A DNA stretch of 64,000 nucleotides, taken from IMG/VR virus record IMGVR_UViG_3300024283_000011, positions 5,564 through 69,563 of that record; one strand, 5' to 3'. A program made the translations under genes and the position numbers. Shown in pieces: positions 1-9,388 of this stretch. Below the pieces are notes generated by a model. That model did no database searches, was not told the origin of the DNA, and was given only the letters and a program-made list of their open reading frames with translations. Source of the DNA: a virus (Duplodnaviria; Caudoviricetes). Each line of letters starts with the position of its first letter. Positions within the stretch are counted from its first letter, which is position 1.

Positions 1-910
1 CCATCTTCTCGAACATCTCTTCTGGGGCAGCCTTCAAGTGCGTCATTTGCGCGCCCATGGTCTTGCTCATCTCGAAGCCGACGCCGCCGAGATCCTTGCC
101 CGTCCTCTTGGTGACGAGAGAGAGAAGCGCATCGATCGACTCTTGGGTGTCGAGCTTGCCTTCGTCGATTCGTTTCTTCAGCGACTGAATCCCGATGCCG
201 GTTCGGTCTGACAGTTCCTTCCAAAAGTCTTCGTCGCTGATGCCGAATCCCTTCAGTTGCCTGGGACCAACCTTGCCCGATACCTTGAGCATGTTGAGCG
301 CAGAGATCGCTGACTCGGCGCCCTCCTGACCGCTACCCGAGAAGCCAGCGAGGTCCAGCGCGGCCGCAACCGCATCCTTGAGCCCCTCGCCCTTGAAGCC
401 GACCTTGGCAAGCGACTGCTCCATTCCCTTGAGCTGCGCGCCGGTGAACTCGGTGAACTTGGAGACCTTCTCCGTCCATTCGAGCATCTCGCGCCCTTCG
501 CTGGGACCCATCAGCAGTTCGAAGGACTTGCTCGTGCGTTCGGCCTGCGAGGCGACCTTGACCATCTCGCCGAACAGTTCCTTGAACCATTCGAAGGCTT
601 CCTTGGGAGCATCGATCAGCGCGTCGACGCCGCGGCGGATGAACTCGAATTCGGCGATCTCCTTCAGCTTGTGCGCGAAGGGGCCAAGCGTGGCGTCGAG
701 GAAGTGGTGCAGGATTCCCTCGGTGTGCTTGGCGGCCTTGCCGTGCTTCTCGTGGCCTGCGCTCGCCCTGCCACTGGCATGCTCGACCTTCTTCAGGCCG
801 CTGTCGACCGCTCCGATCCCTTTGTCGATCCCCTTCAGCACGCGCTCGAATTCAAGCGCGCCATCGAGTTTCGCGTCGAGCTCTACCAGGAACTCCAGGC
901 CCTCAGCCAC
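1..910 (-). CDS. Tape measure protein, N-terminal part (3' end runs off the window)
   Basis: I translated an open frame from GTG at 910 (MAEGLEFLVELDAKLDG...FELLMG...LKGMEQSL...) to base 1 with no stop. It is helical and Ala/Gly/Lys-rich and follows the tail assembly chaperone. It is absent from the ORF track because it has no stop. Confidence 0.8.
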   Translation of the reverse strand, partial: MAEGLEFLVELDAKLDGALEFERVLKGIDKGIGAVDSGLKKVEHASGRASAGHEKHGKAAKHTEGILHHFLDATLGPFAHKLKEIAEFEFIRRGVDALIDAPKEAFEWFKELFGEMVKVASQAERTSKSFELLMGPSEGREMLEWTEKVSKFTEFTGAQLKGMEQSLAKVGFKGEGLKDAVAAALDLAGFSGSGQEGAESAISALNMLKVSGKVGPRQLKGFGISDEDFWKELSDRTGIGIQSLKKRIDEGKLDTQESIDALLSLVTKRTGKDLGGVGFEMSKTMGAQMTHLKAAPEEMFEKM

Positions 911-913
911 GGC

Positions 914-1125
914 TCACCCCTCGACCACCGGCGGCACAACGTCCTCCAGCTTCGGCTCCTTCATCCCGAGTCCGAGCCCGATCATTCGGATCGCGTGCAT
1001 CGTCTCGGCGACCAGGATCGAGCCGGTCACCGCCTCGTCGCTGTTCTCGCCGCGGACAAAGGATCGGAGCGCGGCCGCCGCTTCGAGAGGATTCGAGCGG
1101 GCCGCCCGGGCGCGCTCTAGAGTTT
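914..1125 (-). CDS. Probable -1 frameshift extension of the tail assembly chaperone (gpGT-like)
   Basis: The -1 frame after CGA AAA C is open (KTLERARAARSNPLE...VPPVVEG*), has host-like codon use and stops at 914, just before the tape measure start. Confidence 0.6.
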
Positions 1126-1440
1126 TCGGACGGTGACCGCCATCGACACGCCGGCGATCTCGACCAGCTTGTTGCCGAGGCTCTCGACGATGCCGGGCTT
1201 ACGCGCCACCAGCGCCGCGAACTCGGCCGACGCCGGGAAGACCACGCAGGCGAAGACCAGCGTCCGCAGCGCGCTAGACCGCTGGGCGTCGTCGCTGGAC
1301 ATGGCCCGGAAGCGCTTCCACTCGCCCTCGCTTGGCGTCTTGACGACGGCGTCGATGCCGAGGTCTTCCAGGGTGAGGGTTGAGAGTTCGGCACCGGGGT
1401 TCGCCTCTTTCAGCTTCGCGACATGTTCGTCTGTGAGCAT
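1117..1440 (-). CDS. Tail assembly chaperone (gpG-like)
   Basis: 107 aa between tail tube and tape measure; ends on an A-run slippery site. Confidence 0.75.
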   Translation of the reverse strand: MLTDEHVAKLKEANPGAELSTLTLEDLGIDAVVKTPSEGEWKRFRAMSSDDAQRSSALRTLVFACVVFPASAEFAALVARKPGIVESLGNKLVEIAGVSMAVTVRKL

Positions 1441-1447
1441 GCTCCGG

Positions 1448-1484
1448 ACGGTACGCGGGCGGCTGCCTCCCTCAATTATCTAGA
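1448..1484 (-). promoter_or_regulatory. Repeated promoter motif, copy 1: TCTAGA-TAA-TTGAGG-N16-TACCGT, 7 nt before the ATG of the chaperone
   Basis: Read directly from the sequence; matches four other copies. Confidence 0.65.
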
Positions 1485-1491
1485 TCGCGGG

Positions 1492-1965
1492 TCAGCCGAG
1501 CAGCGAAGCCGAGATCGTCTGGCTGCTGTTCTCGCGAATGCGCATGACGTTGGTGGTCAGCTTGACCGCCGTCGCGTCGGTGCCCTCGCTGTTCGAGAAC
1601 TCCGCCTTGGTGATGCGCACGCCCTCGATGAGGTCGACGATCACCGGTGCGCCGAGGTCGGCGTAGCAGACCGTGATGTTGAACGGCGTCTCGCCGTACC
1701 CGAAGCCGGCCGCGCCCAGCGTGATCTTCAGGTTCTCCCATTCGAGGCGGTACATCTCGAAGTCGCAGTTCGCGTTCTGCTTGCCGCGCGTGCGGCCCAG
1801 CTTGTTCGAGCGCGTGCCGAAGACGTCGCCGGGCTCCAGTTCCTGCGAGTAGTTGATCGACTTGAAGCCGATCAGCGGGATGCCGTTGACGGTCGCCTCG
1901 ATGCTCGCGAACGAGAAGCGATGCCCGTTGATGAGCGGCGTCGAGATCACATAGGGTCCGGGCAT
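1492..1965 (-). CDS. Tail tube protein
   Basis: 157 aa directly after the sheath, beta-rich (GFKSINYSQELEPG...GRTRGK). Confidence 0.8.
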   Translation of the reverse strand: MPGPYVISTPLINGHRFSFASIEATVNGIPLIGFKSINYSQELEPGDVFGTRSNKLGRTRGKQNANCDFEMYRLEWENLKITLGAAGFGYGETPFNITVCYADLGAPVIVDLIEGVRITKAEFSNSEGTDATAVKLTTNVMRIRENSSQTISASLLG

Positions 1966-1980
1966 CGTCGTTCTCCTGCG

Positions 1981-3669
1981 TTAGGCCACGAGGGCCGGGT
2001 TGGTGAACCCGATGTTGGTCTGGATGAACTTCAGGTAGGCCAGCGGCAGCACGCGCACGGTCACCGGCTCGGAGTTCGTCGAGAGGATGTTCGTGGTGCG
2101 GTTCATGACGACCGTCGAGTCGGAGGCCATGCCGGTGGCGACGATGGCCGCGCGGAGCTGGCTGTTGACGGTGGCCTCGAAGGTCAGCGCGTCGCGCTCG
2201 TCGATGTAGCCGGTCTTCTTGTCGACACGGACCGAGCCGTTCAGGAACGGTAACTCGGCGTTGCGGACGACCTTGCAGGCGACGTCCATGACCCGGCGGC
2301 GCTGCACCAGACCGAAGTCGCTGCCCGGCGAGGCCATCATGTTGCCGTTCGTGACGAAGTACCCGGGACGGCCCGGGAACGTGCGCAGCGTGACGAGGCG
2401 GGCCGCGTCCAGCAGCGGCGTCGCCTGCTCGTCGCGGTAGATGCTCTTGACGTTCGGCAGGGCGCCGCGGCCCACGAACGCCGGGTCTTCGCCGGCCGGG
2501 ATGAGCGCCAGTCGCGCGGTGTAGACCCACGCCAGGTTGCGCCGCAGGATCCGCCCGTTCAGCGGCGAGATGGCGGCGAAGTCGCCCGCGCACACGCTGA
2601 CCCGAATGGCCACGGTCGTCCCGAACGCCGCCGCCACCGTCGCGTCCGACTCCGACGTCGGGCACTCGGTGACCGCGAACATGTAGCGGAACCCCGCCTC
2701 GGCCGTCCCCATGGCCGTCTGGACGACGGCCGCCGTCGCCGCCGCGGCCGCGCTGTCAGCGCCCATTCCGACGATGTGGACGAACCCGAAATCGATCGGC
2801 GCCGCCAGCAGCGTAGTCAGCGCGTTGGTCACGTCGGTATTGTTGAAGCCGGCAGTGGTGGTCGTGAACGAGTACGTGTCGCCAGCCGTGAACGTGCCCG
2901 AGAAATTCAGAACGACGCCGGTTCCGGGGATGCCGTACTTGCTGAGGCCGTCGCCGCCCAGAGACGGGATCAGGATCTGACCGCTGACGCTGTTGCCGCC
3001 GTCGATCGAATAGCTGAACACCCCGGTCCCGGGCGCGCCGGTCGTGATGACCGTGAGCTGCACGTTGTAGGCGTCCAGTGGGCTGGACCCGTTGGTGACG
3101 TTGGTCGCCGCCGGGCCCGATCCGACCAGAGACACGCGTCCGTCGGTGGCGACGGTGTAGATATCGTTCGCGACCCAGGTCTGGCCCGAGGCAAAAGTGA
3201 CCGTGGTCAGGGTACCCGGTACGCTGTAAGGGAACGTGCCGCCAACCGTCGCCACAGATGCACCATAGGCGCCGCCCCCCAGCGAGACGGCGAAGGTTGC
3301 TGTCCCGTTCGTGCCGCCCACCAGGATCTTGATGGCAATGGACTGCCGTGGCGCGAAGGTCACCGTCAGCGCGCCCGTTCCAATCTGCACACCGCGGGCG
3401 ACCGCTGATGCCGAACCAGCGACGCGAGGGTTGATCGGCAGCGCGAAGACCGGTCCGCCCGCCACGCTCAGCGTGTGGGCCACGCAGTCGACCAGCGGCC
3501 CCTGCCCCAGCAGGCTCGACGCCGTGCCGTTGTCGTTGGCGCTGTAGACGGTGCCGACCACGCCGTCCGAGCACACCCCGATCTTGGCGCTGGCGTTGGC
3601 GACGGCGGCCGGCACGAGCCCGAGCCCGCCGTCGGCAATGGTCATCGAGACGTCTGGGAGGAGTGCCAT
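1981..3669 (-). CDS. Contractile tail sheath protein (DUF2586-like)
   Basis: 562 aa with the sheath-type C-terminus (LRTFPGRPGYFVTNGNMM...RRVMDVAC); precedes the tube gene. Confidence 0.85.
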   Translation of the reverse strand: MALLPDVSMTIADGGLGLVPAAVANASAKIGVCSDGVVGTVYSANDNGTASSLLGQGPLVDCVAHTLSVAGGPVFALPINPRVAGSASAVARGVQIGTGALTVTFAPRQSIAIKILVGGTNGTATFAVSLGGGAYGASVATVGGTFPYSVPGTLTTVTFASGQTWVANDIYTVATDGRVSLVGSGPAATNVTNGSSPLDAYNVQLTVITTGAPGTGVFSYSIDGGNSVSGQILIPSLGGDGLSKYGIPGTGVVLNFSGTFTAGDTYSFTTTTAGFNNTDVTNALTTLLAAPIDFGFVHIVGMGADSAAAAATAAVVQTAMGTAEAGFRYMFAVTECPTSESDATVAAAFGTTVAIRVSVCAGDFAAISPLNGRILRRNLAWVYTARLALIPAGEDPAFVGRGALPNVKSIYRDEQATPLLDAARLVTLRTFPGRPGYFVTNGNMMASPGSDFGLVQRRRVMDVACKVVRNAELPFLNGSVRVDKKTGYIDERDALTFEATVNSQLRAAIVATGMASDSTVVMNRTTNILSTNSEPVTVRVLPLAYLKFIQTNIGFTNPALVA

Positions 3670-3671
3670 GG

Positions 3672-4007
3672 TTACCTCATCACGGTGCCGTTCGTTGCCT
3701 GCTCGACCGCGGCGTCAAACTCCGCCTCGGTCACCTCTGCGCCAATCACCCATCCATTCAGCCCACGGGCGGCGGCGTATCTCCAAAATTCAGGGTTCCT
3801 GCGCGTCCCGAGCGGGATCGCACCCGCGTGCGACGGCGGCGCCGGGTAGAACTCGGGCAGCATCCCCTTCGCCTCGGCCCACTGCTCGACCTGGCGTTTG
3901 GGAGTGGTGGGCGGCGCCGGCGCGGTTGTAGTCTCCTGCGCTGCTTCGGCGTCCGCCGCTTGTCCGGGAGGGTCAGATACGTCGACCATGGGCTTTGTCC
4001 TTTTCAT
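3672..4007 (-). CDS. Hypothetical virion-module protein
   Basis: 111 aa from ATG 4007, overlapping the upstream stop; sits inside the tail operon. Confidence 0.55.
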   Translation of the reverse strand: MKRTKPMVDVSDPPGQAADAEAAQETTTAPAPPTTPKRQVEQWAEAKGMLPEFYPAPPSHAGAIPLGTRRNPEFWRYAAARGLNGWVIGAEVTEAEFDAAVEQATNGTVMR

Positions 4008-4495
4008 GGGGAGTGATCCACGGTGCCCTCGACGCCGGTGATCGGCATCGAGGTGACGACGGCGTAGGTGTCGGGGACGCGGGTGATGGGCACCAGCCAG
4101 GTCATGTTCAGCGTGTAGACGACGCCCCACTTCGTGGCGATGTCGCTGCCCGTGCGCCACTGGCCTGACTGCAGCTTGTATGAGCCCCACTGGATCGCCT
4201 GCATCGCCTGGACGAAGGCGTTCAGCGTCAGCTCGACCGTGGGGACGTCGTCGCACCAGATGTGGGCGGCGATGCTGATATTGCGCGTGAACAGCGGGCG
4301 CGGGTTGCCGATGCCGTCGCCGCCTTGGCCCTGCGGGCCGGTGATCTGCTCGCTGCCCGGCACCAGGATGATCACCCGGGATGTGCGATCGACCGACAGC
4401 CCAGGGTCGGCGCCGAACACGATTGGCGGCGTCAGCGCCGGCTCGGCGCCGATCATCTGCCTGGTGATGGCGTCCGCGATGCCGAGCAGGCTCAA
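4004..4495 (-). CDS. Tail completion/terminator-like protein
   Basis: 163 aa; position between neck gene and sheath. Confidence 0.55.
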   Translation of the reverse strand: MSLLGIADAITRQMIGAEPALTPPIVFGADPGLSVDRTSRVIILVPGSEQITGPQGQGGDGIGNPRPLFTRNISIAAHIWCDDVPTVELTLNAFVQAMQAIQWGSYKLQSGQWRTGSDIATKWGVVYTLNMTWLVPITRVPDTYAVVTSMPITGVEGTVDHSP

Positions 4496-4965
4496 GCGGC
4501 ACCCCGCACGCGGTCCTTGATCAGCTTGGCGGCGGTCTCATTGAAGGCGCCGAGCCAGATCGGACCGAGGCCGCCCGTTTCCTTCATCGGGACCATCTGG
4601 CGCTGCGGGACGCTGCCGACCCGCCCGCGGCTCTGCGCGCGCGTCGCGGCCCGCACCCGGGCGCCGTATTGATGGATGATCGCGTAGACGACGCCGATGC
4701 GCAGGCGGAAGCCGTTGTCGGTGGCCTCGGTCGAGACGGAAGCTCGCATCTGGCCCGTGTCGACGAGCGGCGTCCCCTTGCGCCAGGCGAGCGGCCGCCA
4801 CGGGTTGCCGTAGGGGTCGCGGCTCTGCCGGAAGCCGTCCAGCGTCTCTTTCCACGCGCGCGCGGCGAGCGCCTTCGCGAGATCGGCCTTGAAGCCGGCG
4901 GTGGTTAGCTGGCGGATCTTGTCCGACAGTTCCTTCAGCGCGTTCAGGTTGCCGGCGACTGCCAT
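4492..4965 (-). CDS. Virion morphogenesis (neck, Mu gpG-like) protein
   Basis: Motifs DPYGNPWRPL, LVDTGQMRAS, YAIIHQYG, VPQRQMVP. Confidence 0.8.
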   Translation of the reverse strand: MAVAGNLNALKELSDKIRQLTTAGFKADLAKALAARAWKETLDGFRQSRDPYGNPWRPLAWRKGTPLVDTGQMRASVSTEATDNGFRLRIGVVYAIIHQYGARVRAATRAQSRGRVGSVPQRQMVPMKETGGLGPIWLGAFNETAAKLIKDRVRGAA

Positions 4966-4966
4966 G

Positions 4967-5365
4967 TCAGACCGCGATGCCCCCCGGCGCGGCGACGCGC
5001 ATCAGTTGCCGATACCGCTGACCGAACGTGGTCCGCAGGATCGGGTTGGAGACCTGGTCCTTCAGCACGAACGCCGAATAGCTGACCACCGTCGTGTCGA
5101 CCTGCTTCATGACCACTTCGCGATCGCCTGGTGCCGCCAGCCCGGGACGGTCGCCTGCGAGCGTGCGCATCTGCCAGGTGTCGACCGCCTCGGTCACGAT
5201 CCGATGCGCGACCCAGTTGCCCAGGCCGCGATCGTAAAGCGAACCCCACACCGCGACGTCAAACGCACCCTCTGACACGGACGCGTCGAGGTGCCGCTGG
5301 ATGTCGGCGACCGGCACGTCCGCGAACATTGGGAACGCAGCCACGAATGTGGCCGGGGTCAGCAT
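4967..5365 (-). CDS. Head-tail adaptor (DUF4054-like)
   Basis: F..AFP.FADVP N-terminus, W.AHR motif and T.FGQRY..L C-terminus. Confidence 0.75.
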   Translation of the reverse strand: MLTPATFVAAFPMFADVPVADIQRHLDASVSEGAFDVAVWGSLYDRGLGNWVAHRIVTEAVDTWQMRTLAGDRPGLAAPGDREVVMKQVDTTVVSYSAFVLKDQVSNPILRTTFGQRYRQLMRVAAPGGIAV

Positions 5366-5368
5366 CGG

Positions 5369-5611
5369 CTATTCGCTCGCCTTGACGAGATGGCCCGAGG
5401 CAAACACCGCCTGCGTCCACTTGTCCTTGGCGAGCAACTCGTCGAGGATCTCGTCGGGGATCTCGCATTCGCCGTTGATCGTCCCGAGCTCGCCGCTCTC
5501 GGCCGGCGGGACGCTGAACACCAGCGAGCCGATCGGTTTGCCGCCCTCCTCGATCCGCGTGGGGATCGAGTGGATGTCGTAACGTCGGCCGCTCGTATTC
5601 AGGACCTTCAT
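5369..5611 (-). CDS. Hypothetical protein, paralog of 5620-5970
   Basis: 80 aa from ATG 5611; shares DI.SIPT and EIPD..L.ELLAKD.WT with its neighbour. Confidence 0.65.
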   Translation of the reverse strand: MKVLNTSGRRYDIHSIPTRIEEGGKPIGSLVFSVPPAESGELGTINGECEIPDEILDELLAKDKWTQAVFASGHLVKASE

Positions 5612-5619
5612 GGCGTGAG

Positions 5620-5970
5620 CTACTTGCCGCCCTTGGCGACGCGGCCTTCGGCGGTGTTGGTGCCGACGCTGGCCAGGGTGGCGCCGGTGGCGGCCAGAAC
5701 ACGTTCGGACGCCGGGACCTTGCTCTCGGGACTGCTCACCGCGACCAGATCGCCGCTGTCGAAGCAGCCCTTCGTCCACGGGTCCTTCGCCAGCAGTTCG
5801 GCCAGCACGTCGTCCGGGATCTCGACGACGCCGGGGTGCCGTCCCTTCTCGTCCACCGTCAGGCGGGGGACGCTATACATCTTGCTGCCCAGCGCGACCC
5901 CATTTGGGCCCACGCCCGTCGGGATGCTATAGATGTCGAACGGGTGATCGGCGGTGTTCTGAACGAGCAT
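5620..5970 (-). CDS. Hypothetical protein, paralog of 5369-5611
   Basis: 116 aa from ATG 5970, with a GGAGAC-type ribosome-binding site upstream. Confidence 0.65.
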   Translation of the reverse strand: MLVQNTADHPFDIYSIPTGVGPNGVALGSKMYSVPRLTVDEKGRHPGVVEIPDDVLAELLAKDPWTKGCFDSGDLVAVSSPESKVPASERVLAATGATLASVGTNTAEGRVAKGGK

Positions 5971-5984
5971 GCAGGTCTCCTTTG

Positions 5985-6359
5985 TCAGTTGTCGTAGCCG
6001 AACAGGTTCACGGAGCCGACGACGGCGGTCGCGGTGGCGCCCGAGAACTCCAGCGTCATGGCCGTGTTCACGGTGCCGACGATGTTCAGGCCGGTCAGAT
6101 TGAGCGCCGCCACGCCGTTGACGGGAGTGGCCAGCGCCCACGAACCCAGGATCGTCCCGGCGCCGGTCGCGCCGTCACGTAGGACGACGGCGACAGGCGT
6201 CTGCGCAGTGGCGCCGGCCGCGACCGAGATGCTGATGCCGCTGCAGATGTGGCGCACGCCGGCAGCGGCCGCCTTGCTGATGGTGGGCGTCCCGGCGGTC
6301 GCCTGGTTGGTGACGGCCCACTCCTTCGTTACGGAATCTACGAGATCGCGTCCCATCAC
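5985..6359 (-). CDS. Hypothetical structural protein (Ala/Thr/Gly-rich)
   Basis: 124 aa after the major capsid gene; beta-sandwich-like composition. Confidence 0.6.
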   Translation of the reverse strand: MMGRDLVDSVTKEWAVTNQATAGTPTISKAAAAGVRHICSGISISVAAGATAQTPVAVVLRDGATGAGTILGSWALATPVNGVAALNLTGLNIVGTVNTAMTLEFSGATATAVVGSVNLFGYDN

Positions 6360-6396
6360 ATCACCTCATTGCCGGGCCGTTGAACTTGGTTAGGAT

Positions 6397-6420
6397 GGCC
6401 GCCCCCTTACGGAGGCGGCC
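6397..6420 (-). terminator. GC-rich hairpin downstream of the major capsid gene (terminator or RNA-stabilising stem)
   Basis: GGCCGCCCCC-TTAC-GGAGGCGGCC, 9 of 10 bp paired; no clear U-tract. Confidence 0.45.
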
Positions 6421-6456
6421 CCTGGCGCTCACCACGCCGAACTGCGAACGCGCGTC

Positions 6457-7530
6457 TTAGACGCCGTCCATGTAGCGGACGGACTGCACGCGCCGAACTT
6501 CGAGGCCGCCGTACTTGTACTCGGCGGGCACGACGACGCGGAAGCCCTGGAGTTGGGGCGCCAGGAACTGCAGCGGCATCGGGATGTGGAACACCACGTT
6601 GTCGTTCATCGCGTTCAGGAACACGACCCGCTTGGTCGAGCCGGAGCCCAGCGTCTCCAGCGCGATGTCGTCGCTGATCTCGACCTTCAGCGTCTCGGTG
6701 ATGAACCGCTCGATCGTGGTGTCGCTCACGGTCGAACGCGGCTTGAACAGCAGCTGCCGGGTCGTCGCCGGGAAGATGATCTTCGTCGGCCGCAGGTTGC
6801 TGCCCGTCGCGGCGTAATATGCCGAGTACGCCACGATGATGTCGTTGATGATGGTGTCGGCCGTGGCCGAGTCCCACACCGCGCCCGACGTGCGGTTCGC
6901 CGCCGTCACGCCGGTGGCGTTGTAGAGGCCGGTCAGGTTCGACAGCGACTCGCCCTGGAGAGCCACGAAGTTCATGTGGCGCTTGTACGCCTCGACGGCG
7001 GCCACCTGCTTGGTGTTGGACAGCGGCTGCTTCAGGAAGGCCGACGTCCGCAGGTCCTCCTGCGTGTAGTCGTACCCGATGCCGCCCGACTGCACCGGGA
7101 TGGCCTTCAGCGCGTACGCCACGTCGACCAGGGGCACGTCGTTCGCCCCCGGCGACATGCGCTTGCCGATGCCCACCCGATCAGAGATCAGGTAGTTGAC
7201 GGCCTTGGCCTGCGGGCCGGCGCTGTAGTCGATGCAGCCGGCGAGCACCTGCTCGTAGTGCATCGGCTGGTACCAGCGGGCGAACGCCTTCTGCTCCAGG
7301 TAGGTCAGCTGCCCGATCGCGAAGGACTCGGCTTCGCCGGCGTCCTGGGCGGATGCCCGGCCGTAGTTGGCGCCCGACCCGACCGGGAAGATCCCCGACC
7401 GGCGAACGAAGTTGGTCATCTCGGCGTGCCGCCAATCGTCGACGTCGGCGGCGACCATCGGAACGCCCCCCCGGTAGAGGGGACTGCCGTAACCGGGTTC
7501 CGGCTGATTGTCTCGTACTTGGATTTTCAT
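6457..7530 (-). CDS. Major capsid protein (DUF2184, HK97 fold)
   Basis: 357 aa with LTYLEQK, ALQGE...LTGLYN and IPMPLQFLAPQ...YGGLEVRR motifs. Confidence 0.85.
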   Translation of the reverse strand: MKIQVRDNQPEPGYGSPLYRGGVPMVAADVDDWRHAEMTNFVRRSGIFPVGSGANYGRASAQDAGEAESFAIGQLTYLEQKAFARWYQPMHYEQVLAGCIDYSAGPQAKAVNYLISDRVGIGKRMSPGANDVPLVDVAYALKAIPVQSGGIGYDYTQEDLRTSAFLKQPLSNTKQVAAVEAYKRHMNFVALQGESLSNLTGLYNATGVTAANRTSGAVWDSATADTIINDIIVAYSAYYAATGSNLRPTKIIFPATTRQLLFKPRSTVSDTTIERFITETLKVEISDDIALETLGSGSTKRVVFLNAMNDNVVFHIPMPLQFLAPQLQGFRVVVPAEYKYGGLEVRRVQSVRYMDGV

Positions 7531-7569
7531 GATCGTGTCCTTCAGGTTCGAGGTGAGTCAGACCGGGAA

Positions 7570-8079
7570 TTACGCGGTGACGATGTGGACCAGGCCGACC
7601 GCGCCCGAGGCGGTGGTCGTCTTCCAGATGGCGCCCGGGATGGTGAGGCGGGTGGTGCCGTTCGCCGCACCGCCGGTGGCGCCGCCGATGCCGGCCGAGG
7701 CGACCACGCAGATCGCCGCGTCGCCGTCGGTGACGTTCTCGGACGCCAGGCAGTAGAGGTAGCCCTTGTTGCACACCGGGACGTCGTGGAACTGCGGGTA
7801 GTTGATCGTGCCGGCGACGCCGGGGGCGTTGGCCTCCGACAGGGCGCGCAGCGCGATGCCCTTGACCACGCCGCCCGAGATCGGCGGGCGCACGGAGCCG
7901 GGCGTTCCCGGCAGCGCGGCGGTGGTGCCGAGGCAGACCGCGTCACCGAAGTTGATCGCGGTCGCGTTCTCGTTGATGCACGACTCGACGGCGGGATCGT
8001 CGACGTTCATCGCCAGTTGGCCGGGGTAGCCGACGGTGAGCAGCTGGCCGCCGACGGTCGCGAGGGTAGGAATTGCCAT
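7570..8079 (-). CDS. Capsid decoration/cement protein
   Basis: 169 aa between scaffold and capsid; INFGDAV and V.V...G.L.C pattern. Confidence 0.7.
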   Translation of the reverse strand: MAIPTLATVGGQLLTVGYPGQLAMNVDDPAVESCINENATAINFGDAVCLGTTAALPGTPGSVRPPISGGVVKGIALRALSEANAPGVAGTINYPQFHDVPVCNKGYLYCLASENVTDGDAAICVVASAGIGGATGGAANGTTRLTIPGAIWKTTTASGAVGLVHIVTA

Positions 8080-8131
8080 GGTGTTCTCCTGAGTGCTGTG
8101 GGTGTGTCGTTAGGGGTTCGCGTGCGGCGGC

Positions 8132-9388
8132 CTACTGGCGGCGCTCCTGCTGGTACTGCTTCTCTTCGGCCGGCCCGCGGCCGGCGTGGTTCTCGCGGAA
8201 CATCATCAGCGCGCGGCCGGTGAGCTCCGGTCCGTCGGTGACGTGCGTTCCGTCGGTGCCCAGCAGCGCGCGGGAGACGGAGTCGTCCGCCGTGCGGCGC
8301 TGGGAGTCGGTCGCCTGCGCCGGCTTGGTGGCGGCGATGGCGTTGAACGCCGCGGTGACGATCACCTCGGGCGCCTTGGACAGTTCGACGCCGCCCAGGA
8401 CCGCCAGCGCGACGGGCTTGAGGGCCTCGTCCTTGGCGATGACCTCGGTCAGCACCTCGGCGCGGATGGCCGCGACGCTCTTGCCCTCGGCCTTGAACTC
8501 GGGGCAGAGCTTGGCCGCATCGCCCACGACCTTCGAGCGCTCGGCCGCCATCGCCTCGATCTGCCCGGGCGTCAGGATCTTGGCGTTCGCCTCGGCCAGG
8601 GCCGTCGCATGGTCGGCGACCAGCTTGGCGGCGGCGGTCTTCTCGGCCTTCAGGGCCTCGTCAGCCGCCTTGGCGCGCGTCTCGGCCATGGTGGCCAGAT
8701 CGAGAGCGGCCTTCTCGTTCTTCTTGGCGTCGCCGACGATCTTCTCGACGAGCGAGGCCGCGGTGTTTTCGAGTTCGATGCTGATGCCGTCGATGACGAT
8801 CGTGCGAGTTGCCATGGGTCTCTCCTCTGTGTCGTGGTCGTGATCTCCGACGCGGCACCCCGGGCCACCGCGCGCGCTGTCGACAATCGCGATGTGATTG
8901 CCTCGAATGTTTCGCTGGATGCCGTCGTACGCTTGCCCGTCGGCGGTGCGCCCGGCCGTCATGTCGCAGTCGAACGCGTAGCCGCAGGACAGCTGCGCCT
9001 TGCCGTCCATCACGGCGCGGACGGCGGCCTTGTCGCGGATCGCGAGCTTGGCGCCGACGTGGTCGCCTTCGCGGGCGACCTCGCGCACGTCGCCCATCGC
9101 GATCTTCCGCCAGTTGTCGGCGGTGACGTTGTCGGGCGGGTGGTTCAGTGTGATCGGCTTGTCCGCGAACGACGACAGCGCCTCGGGCGCGAACACCTCG
9201 TCGGGCGGCCGGTAAAGGCGGATGATGCGGTCGCCGTCGCCGGCGGAATCCATGCCGAGCTCGCGGGCGCGGTACTCCTGAACGCCCGTGCGGGAGATTT
9301 TCCCGGGGGCGAGCATGTAGCCCTCATCGGTCAGAACACGGCTGGTCAGCGTGAAGAGATCGCGGACCTGGCAGCGAGGGAAACTCAT
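8132..9388 (-). CDS. Prohead protease/scaffold (DUF2213)
   Basis: ISRTGVQEY, KPITLNHP, LSCGY and NIRGNHIAIV..ARGG motifs, followed by a coiled-coil scaffold; start set at ATG 9388. Confidence 0.85.
   Translation of the reverse strand: MSFPRCQVRDLFTLTSRVLTDEGYMLAPGKISRTGVQEYRARELGMDSAGDGDRIIRLYRPPDEVFAPEALSSFADKPITLNHPPDNVTADNWRKIAMGDVREVAREGDHVGAKLAIRDKAAVRAVMDGKAQLSCGYAFDCDMTAGRTADGQAYDGIQRNIRGNHIAIVDSARGGPGCRVGDHDHDTEERPMATRTIVIDGISIELENTAASLVEKIVGDAKKNEKAALDLATMAETRAKAADEALKAEKTAAAKLVADHATALAEANAKILTPGQIEAMAAERSKVVGDAAKLCPEFKAEGKSVAAIRAEVLTEVIAKDEALKPVALAVLGGVELSKAPEVIVTAAFNAIAATKPAQATDSQRRTADDSVSRALLGTDGTHVTDGPELTGRALMMFRENHAGRGPAEEKQYQQERRQ

Noticed and set aside
903-1394. ORF 903-1394 as the chaperone extension
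   Set aside because: It is the +1 frame and reads as low-complexity Arg/Gly; the -1 frame gives the protein-like extension.
6553-8223. Long plus-strand ORFs opposite real genes (also 11573-13165, 16745-18490, 31276-33165, 55126-56922, 57145-58521 and many more)
   Set aside because: Antisense shadows typical of high-GC DNA; Arg/Gly/Ala-rich with no motifs, while the opposite strand has recognisable phage proteins.
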